From the NCBI GenBank assembly GCA_050694215.1, contig JBOGXB010000002.1, forward strand, positions 206 through 64,205: a stretch of 64,000 bases of DNA, read 5' to 3'. The notes beneath the pieces were generated by a model that made no database searches, was not told where the DNA came from, and worked only from the letters and a program-made list of their open reading frames with translations. The translations under genes were made by a program, and so were the position numbers. Of this stretch, positions 1 through 8,900 are shown piece after piece; position 1 is the stretch's first letter, and each line of letters opens with the position of its first letter. Source of the stretch: Actinomycetota bacterium. GTDB taxonomy: Bacteria > Actinomycetota > CADDZG01 > WHSQ01.

Positions 1-1815
1 CAGAAGATCGGTGACATCGGTTCCGCGGCCGACAGGAAGCAGCTGCTATCCACCCTGAGGTTCCTGGACTCGAAGCTCGGCGCCGTCGCGCTTACCGGTA
101 AGGCGGTACCCGTCTCGTGGCTGTCTCCGGCCGCGGCCGAATCCCTCGTCCAGAGGTGGAACGCCAGCCGGCTGCCGGTGCAGCGACGGCTCGCGGCCGT
201 CGTGCGTAACCTGGCCTTGAGCGCCGCGTATGGGTTCCCGGGTCCGGAGTGGGATGCGATGGGCTACCCCGGCCCCCTCGGCCCCCCTTCACAGGAGCCG
301 AAGCGGCTCGAGCCCATGGAGCTCACCGAGGATGCCGAGCTCGCATGCGATGTCGTGATCGTGGGTTCCGGGGCGGGGGGAGGCTGCGCTGCCGGCAACC
401 TCACCGCCGCCGGTCTCGACGTGATCGTTGTAGAGAAGGGCCGATACCACAGCGAGTCGGACTTCACGCATTACGAGTCCGATGCGACACGGGACATGTA
501 CCTCTACGGGATGACTCTCTCGACGGCAGACCTTGGGGTCGTGATCGTGGCGGGGTCGACCCTCGGTGGGGGCACGCTGGTCAACTACGCGACCGCGTTC
601 CGAACTCCGGATCACGTCAGACGGCAATGGGCCGAGATCTCGGGGATCGACTGGTTCGTGTCGGGTGAGTACGAGGAGTCACTCGACGAGGTCGTCGAAC
701 GGCTCGGCGTGAACGTCGATTCCTCGGCGGCCGGTAAGCGCGACTCGCTGATGGAGGACGGACTCAAGAAGCTGGGTTGGCACGTGGACCAGATGCCTCG
801 AGCGGTGCGGGGTTGCACCCAGGACGAGCAGTGTGGCTATTGCGGCTTCGGCTGTCGCGTCGGGGCGAAGCAGTCGACGATGCGCACGTACCTCGAGGAC
901 GCGGCTTCGCATGGAGTCCGGATCGTCACCGGGGCGGATATGCGTAAGGTGCTGATCGACGACGGGAGGTGCACGGGCGTGGAGGGCACCGCGAACGGTC
1001 ATCACCTCAGCGTTAAGGCCCCAACGGTCGTGGCTGCGGGTGGCTCGATCGAGACCCCCGCGCTGCTCTTGCGTTCGGGTCTCAGGGGAGAGGTGGGCAG
1101 GAACCTGCATCTGCATCCCGGCAGCGCGGCCTTCGCGGTCTTCGACGAGGACGTGCGCGCGTGGGAGGGGACCACCCAGGCGCGTTACTCGAACGAGTTC
1201 CGTCACTGGGACGGCGGCTACGGACCGATATTCGAGACCGTGCCGGTGCATCCGGGGGCCGGATCTGCTGCAGCATTCACGTGGCTGTCGGGCGCGGATC
1301 ACCGAAACCGGATGAAGGAATTCGCGAAGGTGTCCCTCTGTGCCGTTCTACCGCGCGACCGGTCTGCCGGTCGTGTTCGCATCGCGAGGGACGGTACGCC
1401 GCGCGTCGTGTACCGGCTGAGCTCCGACGATGAGAAGCGGATCACCCAGGGCCTCGTGGCCGCCGGAAAGGTGATGGAGGCGGCAGGGGCGCGCGAGGTC
1501 CACACGACACACACCCGGCCGATAACGTACGAGCCCGGGACGAGATCGCGTCACGAAGAGTGGGCGGGGGAGATCCGTAGCAGGGGCGTGCGGAAGGGGA
1601 TGACGTTGTTCTCCTACCACCAGATGGGGTCGTGCCGTATGGGAACCGACCCAACCGCCTCGGTCGTCGACGACCGCAACGAGTGCCATGAGGTAGAGGG
1701 ACTCTTCGTCGTGGACGGATCGACCTTCCCCGACGCGTCCGGAGTGAACCCGATGCTGTCGATCTACGCGATCGCGAACCGCGCCTCGAAGAAGATCGCC
1801 GCGCGGCTCTCGTAG
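1..1815 (+). CDS. GMC-family FAD oxidoreductase (long-chain alcohol oxidase-like), 5' partial
   Basis: Frame 1 is open from base 1 (QKIGDIGSAADRKQLL...), so the GTG at 178 is probably internal. FAD Rossmann motif DVVIVGSGAGGGCAAGNL..VVEKG. C-terminal GMC-type motifs HQMGSCRMG and GLFVVDGSTFP. Confidence 0.85.
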   Translation, partial: QKIGDIGSAADRKQLLSTLRFLDSKLGAVALTGKAVPVSWLSPAAAESLVQRWNASRLPVQRRLAAVVRNLALSAAYGFPGPEWDAMGYPGPLGPPSQEPKRLEPMELTEDAELACDVVIVGSGAGGGCAAGNLTAAGLDVIVVEKGRYHSESDFTHYESDATRDMYLYGMTLSTADLGVVIVAGSTLGGGTLVNYATAFRTPDHVRRQWAEISGIDWFVSGEYEESLDEVVERLGVNVDSSAAGKRDSLMEDGLKKLGWHVDQMPRAVRGCTQDEQCGYCGFGCRVGAKQSTMRTYLEDAASHGVRIVTGADMRKVLIDDGRCTGVEGTANGHHLSVKAPTVVAAGGSIETPALLLRSGLRGEVGRNLHLHPGSAAFAVFDEDVRAWEGTTQARYSNEFRHWDGGYGPIFETVPVHPGAGSAAAFTWLSGADHRNRMKEFAKVSLCAVLPRDRSAGRVRIARDGTPRVVYRLSSDDEKRITQGLVAAGKVMEAAGAREVHTTHTRPITYEPGTRSRHEEWAGEIRSRGVRKGMTLFSYHQMGSCRMGTDPTASVVDDRNECHEVEGLFVVDGSTFPDASGVNPMLSIYAIANRASKKIAARLS

Positions 1816-1857
1816 GGCACGCTCGCGGCGCATGCTCTTGCCCATCCTGCGGCATCG

Positions 1858-2850
1858 ATGACCGGCCGCTACCAGGAGCTCATCGAGGCGGCGGACATGA
1901 ACGCGCTGCTCGGGGCGGTCGACGCGCTGTGCGGCGAGCGCGCGTGGGAGGAGCTCCTGGACCTGGCCGAGCGCTGCGAGCATGCTCTCGAACGCGGCAA
2001 GCAGCTCTGGCCGATAGCTGCACACATCGACTATCGCGTCGCACTGGAGGCCCCCGCCGAGTATGCGGCCGACGTCCTCGACGCGGTCTCACACCGCTTC
2101 ATGCTCGGCCCCCTGACCGAGGTCGCCGCGTCGACACATACGTGGGACGAGCTTGCGCCTCACATCGAATCTCCGCAGCACGCCGCTTACATCGCCCAGG
2201 AGCGGGTGATGCGCGGCGAGGACCTCCAGCACGACGAGCGCGCGCACCCGGAGGACCTCGGCATTCCGCTCAAGCTTCAAGCCTGGGAGCCGAGCTATGC
2301 CCTTGCGACGTATCGCTCCGACCACGTCGAGATCGCCGAGCCGTGGGAGCCAAAGCGACGATTCGAGAAGGTGTCGGCGAGCGCGGGACCCACCGCCGAC
2401 GACCCGGAGCTGGTCGCTGCGCTTCTCGACCTGGTGCAACCGTGGACCGCTGAGTCGAACGGTGCGGCGCGTGCAGTGGCCGTCGAAGGCAACGCGGCCG
2501 CGGCGGTATCGGCTCTGGCTCCCACCAGCATCCGGATGTGCCCCGTCGAGCTCGATCTCGCGCTGCAGCGCATGGCCTGGGCGGCGGCGAGCGGGGGAGC
2601 GCACGGCCGTCGACGCGGCGCTGCGCTGGGCCGCTTCATGTCCTGGTACGTGGTCTCGCTGGCCGCCGGTACCTCTTGGCCCGTCGAGCCCGACGAGCTC
2701 GCCGCCGCGGGTTCGGGGTTGGGCTTCTATGTCTGGGACGAGGGCGAGGTCGAGAAGGGGTGGGTGCTGCGCGTGGCGGTGGAGCATCCGGCGGACGGCT
2801 GGTCCGCTGCGATCGCCGCGACGGACCTGCTCGAGGAGGACGAAGACTAG
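1858..2850 (+). CDS. hypothetical protein (acidic, no domain recognised)
   Basis: 330-codon ORF, 42 nt after the GMC gene and same strand. It fills the gap exactly up to the convergent acyl-CoA dehydrogenase. No catalytic motif recognised. Confidence 0.6.
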   Translation: MTGRYQELIEAADMNALLGAVDALCGERAWEELLDLAERCEHALERGKQLWPIAAHIDYRVALEAPAEYAADVLDAVSHRFMLGPLTEVAASTHTWDELAPHIESPQHAAYIAQERVMRGEDLQHDERAHPEDLGIPLKLQAWEPSYALATYRSDHVEIAEPWEPKRRFEKVSASAGPTADDPELVAALLDLVQPWTAESNGAARAVAVEGNAAAAVSALAPTSIRMCPVELDLALQRMAWAAASGGAHGRRRGAALGRFMSWYVVSLAAGTSWPVEPDELAAAGSGLGFYVWDEGEVEKGWVLRVAVEHPADGWSAAIAATDLLEEDED

Positions 2851-2854
2851 GGCG

Positions 2855-4018
2855 CTACAGGCCCAGGCTCTTGGCGATTATGTACTTCTGTATCTCCGAG
2901 GTGCCTTCGACGAGGGTGAATATCCGTACCAGCCGGTAGATCCTCTCCAGCGGCAGCTCTCGCATCCACCCCATCCCTCCGTGCACCTGGATCATTCGGT
3001 CGACGACGCGATTGACCATCTCGGACGCATATAGCTTCACGATCGAGGACTCCTGGACGACGGGGTCGCCGTGGTCGTACTTCCACGCACACTCGTAGGT
3101 CATCAGCTTCGACGCGCGTATCTCGATCAAGGAGTCGACGAGATGTCCCTGCACGTACTGGTTCTTGCCTATCGGGCGGTCGAAGGCCTTGCGATCCTTG
3201 GCATAGTCGACGCCGAGGCGCAAGCAGTAGTCGGCGATGCCGTTGCACAGCGCGCCGATCGAAAGGCGTCCCATCGCGAGGAATTGCATGGCTGAGTAGA
3301 AGCCCATCCCCACGTTGCCGGGTCCTCCAAGCACCTGCTCGTCCGACACGCGGCAATCGTCGAAGACGAGCTCGAACTGGCCTTCACCTTCGACCATGCC
3401 GATCTGGCCCCGCCCTACAGAGAACCCGGGAGTCTCCTTCTCGACGATGAACGCGGTGATTCCACCCTGAGCTTTCTTCTCCCTGTCGTTGGCCGCAAAT
3501 ACGAGGGCGAAGTCGGCGTGCTTTCCATTCGTGATGAAGTGCTTGCGACCGTTTAGGACCCACTCGTCACCATCGTTGACGGCCGTCGTCTTGATGCTCT
3601 GTGCGTCGGACCCGGCGTCGGGCTCGGTCAACGCAAAGCACATGGACTTCTCCGCGGTGATGAGTGGCATGAGATATCTCTTCTTCTGCTCGTCGGTACC
3701 CGCGAGGAGCACGCCCGTTGGGCCCTCCGGGCCGTAGAGCGTGAACGCGGCGAGCCTGCATCCGGTGCGCGCCGCGGCCTCCCGGAGCAGAACCATCCCG
3801 AGCTGAGGCAGGCCGCTTCCGCCGAGGTCCTCAGGAAAGTCGGCCGCGTAAAAGCCAAGCTCCGCCGATCGCCTGCGGACGCGGTCACGGAGCTCGATCG
3901 GCACGTCGTCGCGTTCGGGGGCGAGCTCGGCCTCCTCGAGCGGTCTCAGCTCGCGATCGATGAACGACTCGAGGTCCTTCTGCAACTCTGCGTATTCGGC
4001 CGGAACGGCGAAGTCCAT
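2855..4018 (-). CDS. acyl-CoA dehydrogenase
   Basis: ACAD-like sequence throughout (FALTEPDAGSDA, ITNG, C-terminal EGTSEIQKYIIAKSLGL). ATG at 4018 (MDFAVPAEYAELQKD...) gives a normal 387 aa length. The longer track ORF up to 4522 would overlap the kinase gene. Confidence 0.9.
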   Translation of the reverse strand: MDFAVPAEYAELQKDLESFIDRELRPLEEAELAPERDDVPIELRDRVRRRSAELGFYAADFPEDLGGSGLPQLGMVLLREAAARTGCRLAAFTLYGPEGPTGVLLAGTDEQKKRYLMPLITAEKSMCFALTEPDAGSDAQSIKTTAVNDGDEWVLNGRKHFITNGKHADFALVFAANDREKKAQGGITAFIVEKETPGFSVGRGQIGMVEGEGQFELVFDDCRVSDEQVLGGPGNVGMGFYSAMQFLAMGRLSIGALCNGIADYCLRLGVDYAKDRKAFDRPIGKNQYVQGHLVDSLIEIRASKLMTYECAWKYDHGDPVVQESSIVKLYASEMVNRVVDRMIQVHGGMGWMRELPLERIYRLVRIFTLVEGTSEIQKYIIAKSLGL

Positions 4019-4073
4019 CACGTCTCCCCAGTTGCACGGAAGGAGGAGCGTAATCCTAGGCGTGCGGCTCGAC

Positions 4074-7000
4074 ATGCCCTCTCTGACCATCGATTCCAGA
4101 GCCGGGCCCAGGACGCCGATATATGTCCTGTTCGGAGTGATTCCATGCCGTTTTGGCCCTTTCGATGGAGTGGGAGGCGAGACCTTGACGAGGGAGGGAA
4201 GCACGCTCTCACTCCATGCATTGATCGTCGATGACGGCGCGGGCGGCGCCGAGCTGATGGCCTGGGCGCTCCAGAGAGCCGGGTTCGATCTCGAGTGGGG
4301 CCGCGTCGACTCGGAGGACGCTCTTATCGCTGCGTTGACTCGAGATCTCGACTTGATCCTCGCCGACAACACTCTTGTAGACCTCAAAGCCCGGCGCGTC
4401 GTCGAGCTGGTGAACGCGTCGGAATTGAAGGTGCCGGTGATCCTCGTCACCGGACCGATCCGCGAGGCAGAGAAGGTCGCGTGTCTGAAAGCGGGCGCGG
4501 CGGCACACTTACCCAAAGACAATCTCGACCGGCTCGGCGAGGTCGTTCGGGACGCCCTGGAAGATCGGGAGCTGCGGGAGGAGGTCCGCGTTGCCCAGAA
4601 GCGCTATCGCGACCTCCTGGAGTCCGTGCCGGGCGTCGTGTACACGGCCGAGCCCGGCGAGAGAGGTCGCTGGCTTTACGTGAGCCCGCAGATCGAGGAC
4701 GTGCTCGGCTACTCCCCCGACGAGTGGACCGCGGACCCGACAATGTGGTTCCGGCACATCCATCCGGAAGACCGAGCCCGCGTCATGGAAGCCGAGGGCA
4801 ATCTGATCGGTACCTCCGAATCGGACCAACCGGAGTACCGGATGATCGCCCGCGACGGACGGGTCGTATGGGTGCGCGACCAGGCGAGCTACCTGGAGGA
4901 CGGATCCGGAGGTCTCTTTCACGGCTTCATGATCGACGTCACCGCTCGCAAGGACGCTGAAGAGGAGCTGCGCCGCAGCGAGCTCCGCAAGCAGGCGCTC
5001 TTCGAGTCGTCGTTCGACTGTGTGATCCTCGCGGACCGGGAGGGACGCATCCTGGAGTTCAACCCGGCGGCGGAGAGGACCTTCGGCTACACACGTGAGG
5101 AGGTCGTCGGCCGGCCGCTTGCCGACACCATCGTCCCGCCGTCGCTGCGCGACGCTCACATCGCCGGCCTCAAGCGCTTCGTCGAGACCCACGAGCCCAG
5201 GGTGCTCGGCCGGCGCATCGAGATCTCCGGGATGCGGTCCGACGGCTCGGAGTTCCCGGTCGAGCTCGCGATCACCATGCTCGAGGCGGACGAGGAACCC
5301 GTCTTCGTCGCCTACCTGCGCGAGCTGACGGAGCGCAAGGAGATGGAGGACACGCTACGCGCGAGCGAGCAGCGCTTCCGCTCGCTTATCCAGAACGCAC
5401 ACGACGTGGTCAGCATCACCGACGCATCGGGCGTCAACAAATACGTGAGCCCCGGGATAGAGCGACTGCTGGGGTACCGGCCAGAGGAGCTCGTCGGGTC
5501 CGTCGGCATGAATTTCCTGCACCCAGACGACCTCGAGCTCGCTGCGTCCGTCGGTGCCGACGTCCTTGCTTCCGACGACAGTGTGCGCACCAATGAGATC
5601 AGGGCAAGACACAAGAATGGATCGTGGATCTGGCTCGAGTTCACCGTCGCCAACAGGCTCAACGATCCTTCGATCGAAGGGATAGTCGCCAACTTCCACG
5701 ACATAACAGAGCGCAAGGAAGCGGAAGCGCGCCACCAAGGCCAGAGCGAGGTCCTTCGGATGATCGCCGAGGGCGATCCCCTCGAGAACACATTGTCCGT
5801 ATTGGTGAAGACGGTGGAGCAGCTCGGTGACGACGCCCTGTGCTTGGTCATGCTGCTCGACGAGAGCGGCGAGACGCTCGACCTCGTTGCGGGTCCGAGC
5901 GTTCCTGCGAAGCTGAAGGATGCGCTTGGTTCGGGTGTGTCGGTCGACGCCGCCGGAACGCCCTGCGGAATCGCGGCCTCCTCCAAGCGCCTGTTCGTCT
6001 CCCCGGACATCGCCACGGATCCGCGACTGGAGGGCTCACGGGAGATGTCCCTGAGCGTCGGATTGAGGTCGGCGTGGTCGTTCCCGATCCGCTCCTCGAA
6101 CGGCGACGGCTTGCTCGGGACCTTCTGCGTGTATCACAAGCATCCTGGAGAGCCCACCTCCTGGGATCTCGAGACGGCCGACAGAGCCGCGCAGCTCGCG
6201 GCGATCGCGATCGAGAGGGCGAGCACCGACCGTGCGGTCAGGCACAGCGAGGAGAAGTTCCGTGCTCTGTTCGCGACGAACCCCATCCCGATGTGGGTGT
6301 GGGATCGCGAATCGTTTGGCTTCCTTGCGGTCAACGCAGCGGCGGTGGAGAAGTACGGGTATTCCGAGGACGAATTCCTGAGGATGCAAATCACCGATAT
6401 CCGTCCGAGCGAGGATGTATCCTCCCTCCTCGAGTTCCTCAGGGAGCGAAAGCAATCTCACGGCGAGCACGCCGGCACGTGGAGGCACGTCACCAAGGAC
6501 GGTCGCGTCCTCGAGGTCGAGATCCACTGGCAGACCATCGACTTCGAGGACAGGGACGCCGCCCTGGCGGCCGTTCACGACGTCACCGAGCGCAACCAGT
6601 CGGAGGGGCAACGCCGGAAGCTCGAGCAGCAGCTTCGACAGGCCCAGAAGATGGAGTCCATCGGGCGTCTGGCCGGGGGCATCGCCCATGACTTCAACAA
6701 TCTGCTCGCGGTGATCATCAACTACGCGAGCTTCCTGGAGGAAGAGTTCGACCGCTCGGACCCGCGGCGCGAGGACCTCGAAGAGATCAAACGCGCGGGG
6801 GAGCGCGGCGCCAACCTCGTTCGTCAGCTTCTTGCCTTCTCTCGCAAGGAGCTCATGGAGCCCCGGAATGTGGACCTCAACGACATCGTGTCGGACACGG
6901 AGAAGCTGCTGAAGCGAACCATCGGTGAGGACGTGGATCTCCAGATCGTCGGCCGGGAAGGCTTGTGGATCACCAAGGTTGATCCCGGACAGGTCGAACA

Positions 7001-7766
7001 GGTGCTGATGAACCTCGCGGTCAACGCACGCGACGCGATGCCCGAGGGTGGCTCGCTAGTGTTAGAGACCTCGAACGTAGTGGTCGATGAAGTTCATGCC
7101 AAGCGCAGGGAAGGCCTCAAGGAAGGCGACTACGCGTGTGTGACGGTGAGCGACACCGGTCGCGGCATGACGGACGAGATCCGCGCCCAGATCTTCGAAC
7201 CCTTCTTCACGACCAAGAAGAGAGGTGAGGGCACCGGCCTCGGGCTCGCGACGGTCTACGGGATCGTGAAGCAATTGAACGGCTACATCTCCTGCTACTC
7301 GGAGGTGGATCATGGGACCACGTTCCGCATCTACTTCCCGGTGGTAACAGACGATGCCGATCCTGCGGGGAGATCTCCGAAGCTGAACGGCACGAAGGGT
7401 GACGGAGAGACAGTCCTCTTGGTTGAGGACGAAGCCCCCGTGCGCAACCTCGTGGTGCGGGTGCTCACCCGGGGCGGCTACAGGGTGATCCCCGCCGCTT
7501 CCGCGGAGGAGGCCCTGGACCTGTACTACGCACCCGAGGGGGGCGCCGATCTGCTGCTGACCGACGTGATCATGCCCGGGATGTCTGGCAAGGAGCTGTC
7601 CGAGCGTCTCGCGACCGGGAACCGCGTGCCGACCCTCTACATGTCCGGTTACACGGATTCCATCATCGCCAAACACGGAGTCCTGGAGGAGGGGGCAGCT
7701 TTCATCCAGAAGCCCTTCAATGCCGATGATCTGCTGGAGAAGATACGGGAGGTTCTCAAACGATGA
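4074..7766 (+). CDS. hybrid sensor histidine kinase (REC - PAS x3 - GAF - PAS - HisKA - HATPase_c - REC), cytoplasmic
   Basis: N-terminal receiver (IVDDGAGG ... LILAD). Repeated PAS-like blocks. GAF-like block. H-box [11 protein letters not shown]-box ATPase motifs ([22 protein letters not shown]). C-terminal receiver (VLLVEDE ... [13 protein letters not shown]). No hydrophobic segments. Start uncertain (ATG 4074 chosen; 3960 or a TTG near 4215 possible). Confidence 0.9.
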   Translation: MPSLTIDSRAGPRTPIYVLFGVIPCRFGPFDGVGGETLTREGSTLSLHALIVDDGAGGAELMAWALQRAGFDLEWGRVDSEDALIAALTRDLDLILADNTLVDLKARRVVELVNASELKVPVILVTGPIREAEKVACLKAGAAAHLPKDNLDRLGEVVRDALEDRELREEVRVAQKRYRDLLESVPGVVYTAEPGERGRWLYVSPQIEDVLGYSPDEWTADPTMWFRHIHPEDRARVMEAEGNLIGTSESDQPEYRMIARDGRVVWVRDQASYLEDGSGGLFHGFMIDVTARKDAEEELRRSELRKQALFESSFDCVILADREGRILEFNPAAERTFGYTREEVVGRPLADTIVPPSLRDAHIAGLKRFVETHEPRVLGRRIEISGMRSDGSEFPVELAITMLEADEEPVFVAYLRELTERKEMEDTLRASEQRFRSLIQNAHDVVSITDASGVNKYVSPGIERLLGYRPEELVGSVGMNFLHPDDLELAASVGADVLASDDSVRTNEIRARHKNGSWIWLEFTVANRLNDPSIEGIVANFHDITERKEAEARHQGQSEVLRMIAEGDPLENTLSVLVKTVEQLGDDALCLVMLLDESGETLDLVAGPSVPAKLKDALGSGVSVDAAGTPCGIAASSKRLFVSPDIATDPRLEGSREMSLSVGLRSAWSFPIRSSNGDGLLGTFCVYHKHPGEPTSWDLETADRAAQLAAIAIERASTDRAVRHSEEKFRALFATNPIPMWVWDRESFGFLAVNAAAVEKYGYSEDEFLRMQITDIRPSEDVSSLLEFLRERKQSHGEHAGTWRHVTKDGRVLEVEIHWQTIDFEDRDAALAAVHDVTERNQSEGQRRKLEQQLRQAQKMESIGRLAGGIAHDFNNLLAVIINYASFLEEEFDRSDPRREDLEEIKRAGERGANLVRQLLAFSRKELMEPRNVDLNDIVSDTEKLLKRTIGEDVDLQIVGREGLWITKVDPGQVEQVLMNLAVNARDAMPEGGSLVLETSNVVVDEVHAKRREGLKEGDYACVTVSDTGRGMTDEIRAQIFEPFFTTKKRGEGTGLGLATVYGIVKQLNGYISCYSEVDHGTTFRIYFPVVTDDADPAGRSPKLNGTKGDGETVLLVEDEAPVRNLVVRVLTRGGYRVIPAASAEEALDLYYAPEGGADLLLTDVIMPGMSGKELSERLATGNRVPTLYMSGYTDSIIAKHGVLEEGAAFIQKPFNADDLLEKIREVLKR

Positions 7767-8878
7767 TTCGCGAGCCGGCAGTGATGAGCGCGGGAGAGCC
7801 GACGCAGCAGGGAGTTGCTCGTGTCCTCGTGGTCGACGACGAGGCCCCGATCCGGCGTCTGCTGACTCGCCTGCTCGCGCGACACGGCTACGAGTGCACC
7901 GAGGCTGCCGACACTCTCGAGGCGCGATCGAAGCTCGACGGAGATGAATTCCAGCTCGTCCTCACCGACATGAACATGCCCGGGGACTCCGGCATGGAGC
8001 TCATTCAGGACGTGATCGCCAACCATCCCAATACTGCGACGGTGATGGTTACCGGTCAGGACGACACCGCGCTGGCCAATGCCGCACTCGAGCTGGGCGC
8101 GTACGGCTACGTCGTCAAGCCGTTCCAGGGAAACGAGATCCTCATCAACGTGTTCAACGCGCTGCGGAGACGAACTCTCGAGATCGAGAACCGCAGACAC
8201 CGCCAGCGGCTCGAACAGATGGTCCAGGAGCGAACGGCCGAGCTGTGGAAGGCAGTGCAGGACCTCGAGTGGGCGCGCGACGAGCTTCAGGGATCGCGTG
8301 CCGAAACGGTCGAGAGGCTCTCGATCGCGGCCGAGTTCCGCGACGACGAGACCGCGCATCACATCCATCGCATGAGCCGCTACTGCGCCCTACTAGCGCG
8401 CAGCGCGGGGGCCGACCAAGAACGCAGCGAGCTGATCCGTGTCGCCAGCATCATGCACGACGTCGGCAAGATCGGTATCCCGGACCACATCCTGCTGAAG
8501 CCCGGCAAACTCACGCGGGAGGAGTTCGACATCATGAGGACGCACGCGGAGATCGGGTATCGAATCCTGGCCGGCTCGGACTCCGAGCTGCTGAAGCTGG
8601 CGGCTGAGATCGCCCTTATGCACCACGAGTGGTTCGACGGACGCGGCTACCCCAACGGGCTGGGGGGGGAGGAGATCCCCTTCGAGGGCCGAATCGGGGC
8701 CATCGCGGACGTCTTCGACGCGCTAACGACGAATCGCGTCTACCGCAAGGCGTTCAACCTCGGGGAGGCGCTCGAGATCATGAAGCAAGGCCGGGGAGGG
8801 CAGTTCGACCCCCGCCTTCTCGACTTGTTCTTCGACGACATCTCCGAGGCTCTTCGGATCAAAGAACAGCACGAGTAG
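7763..8878 (+). CDS. response regulator with HD-GYP domain (putative c-di-GMP phosphodiesterase)
   Basis: REC domain (VLVVDDEAPIRRLL ... VLTDMNMPG). HD motif (MHDVGKIGIPD). GYP motif (HHEWFDGRGYPNGL). ATGA start/stop overlap with the kinase gene. Confidence 0.9.
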   Translation: MIREPAVMSAGEPTQQGVARVLVVDDEAPIRRLLTRLLARHGYECTEAADTLEARSKLDGDEFQLVLTDMNMPGDSGMELIQDVIANHPNTATVMVTGQDDTALANAALELGAYGYVVKPFQGNEILINVFNALRRRTLEIENRRHRQRLEQMVQERTAELWKAVQDLEWARDELQGSRAETVERLSIAAEFRDDETAHHIHRMSRYCALLARSAGADQERSELIRVASIMHDVGKIGIPDHILLKPGKLTREEFDIMRTHAEIGYRILAGSDSELLKLAAEIALMHHEWFDGRGYPNGLGGEEIPFEGRIGAIADVFDALTTNRVYRKAFNLGEALEIMKQGRGGQFDPRLLDLFFDDISEALRIKEQHE

Positions 8879-8900
8879 TCCTTTTCGGGCAACCGCCCGC

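Noticed and set aside
1513-1530. GCCGATAA, the -10 element of sigma-28 promoters
   Set aside because: It lies inside the GMC oxidoreductase CDS and has no TAAA -35 element about 15 nt upstream. Most likely a chance match.
4019-4522. N-terminal 168-codon extension of the acyl-CoA dehydrogenase ORF
   Set aside because: The extension is Ser/Arg/Ala-rich, has no ACAD similarity and overlaps the receiver domain of the kinase gene on the other strand. ATG 4018 gives a canonical-length ACAD.
8662-8669. G8 homopolymer as a possible phase-variation tract
   Set aside because: It encodes the conserved GLGGEE just after the GYP motif, and the reading frame is intact. Short G-runs are expected at this GC content. 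Worth noting only as a sequencing-error hotspot.
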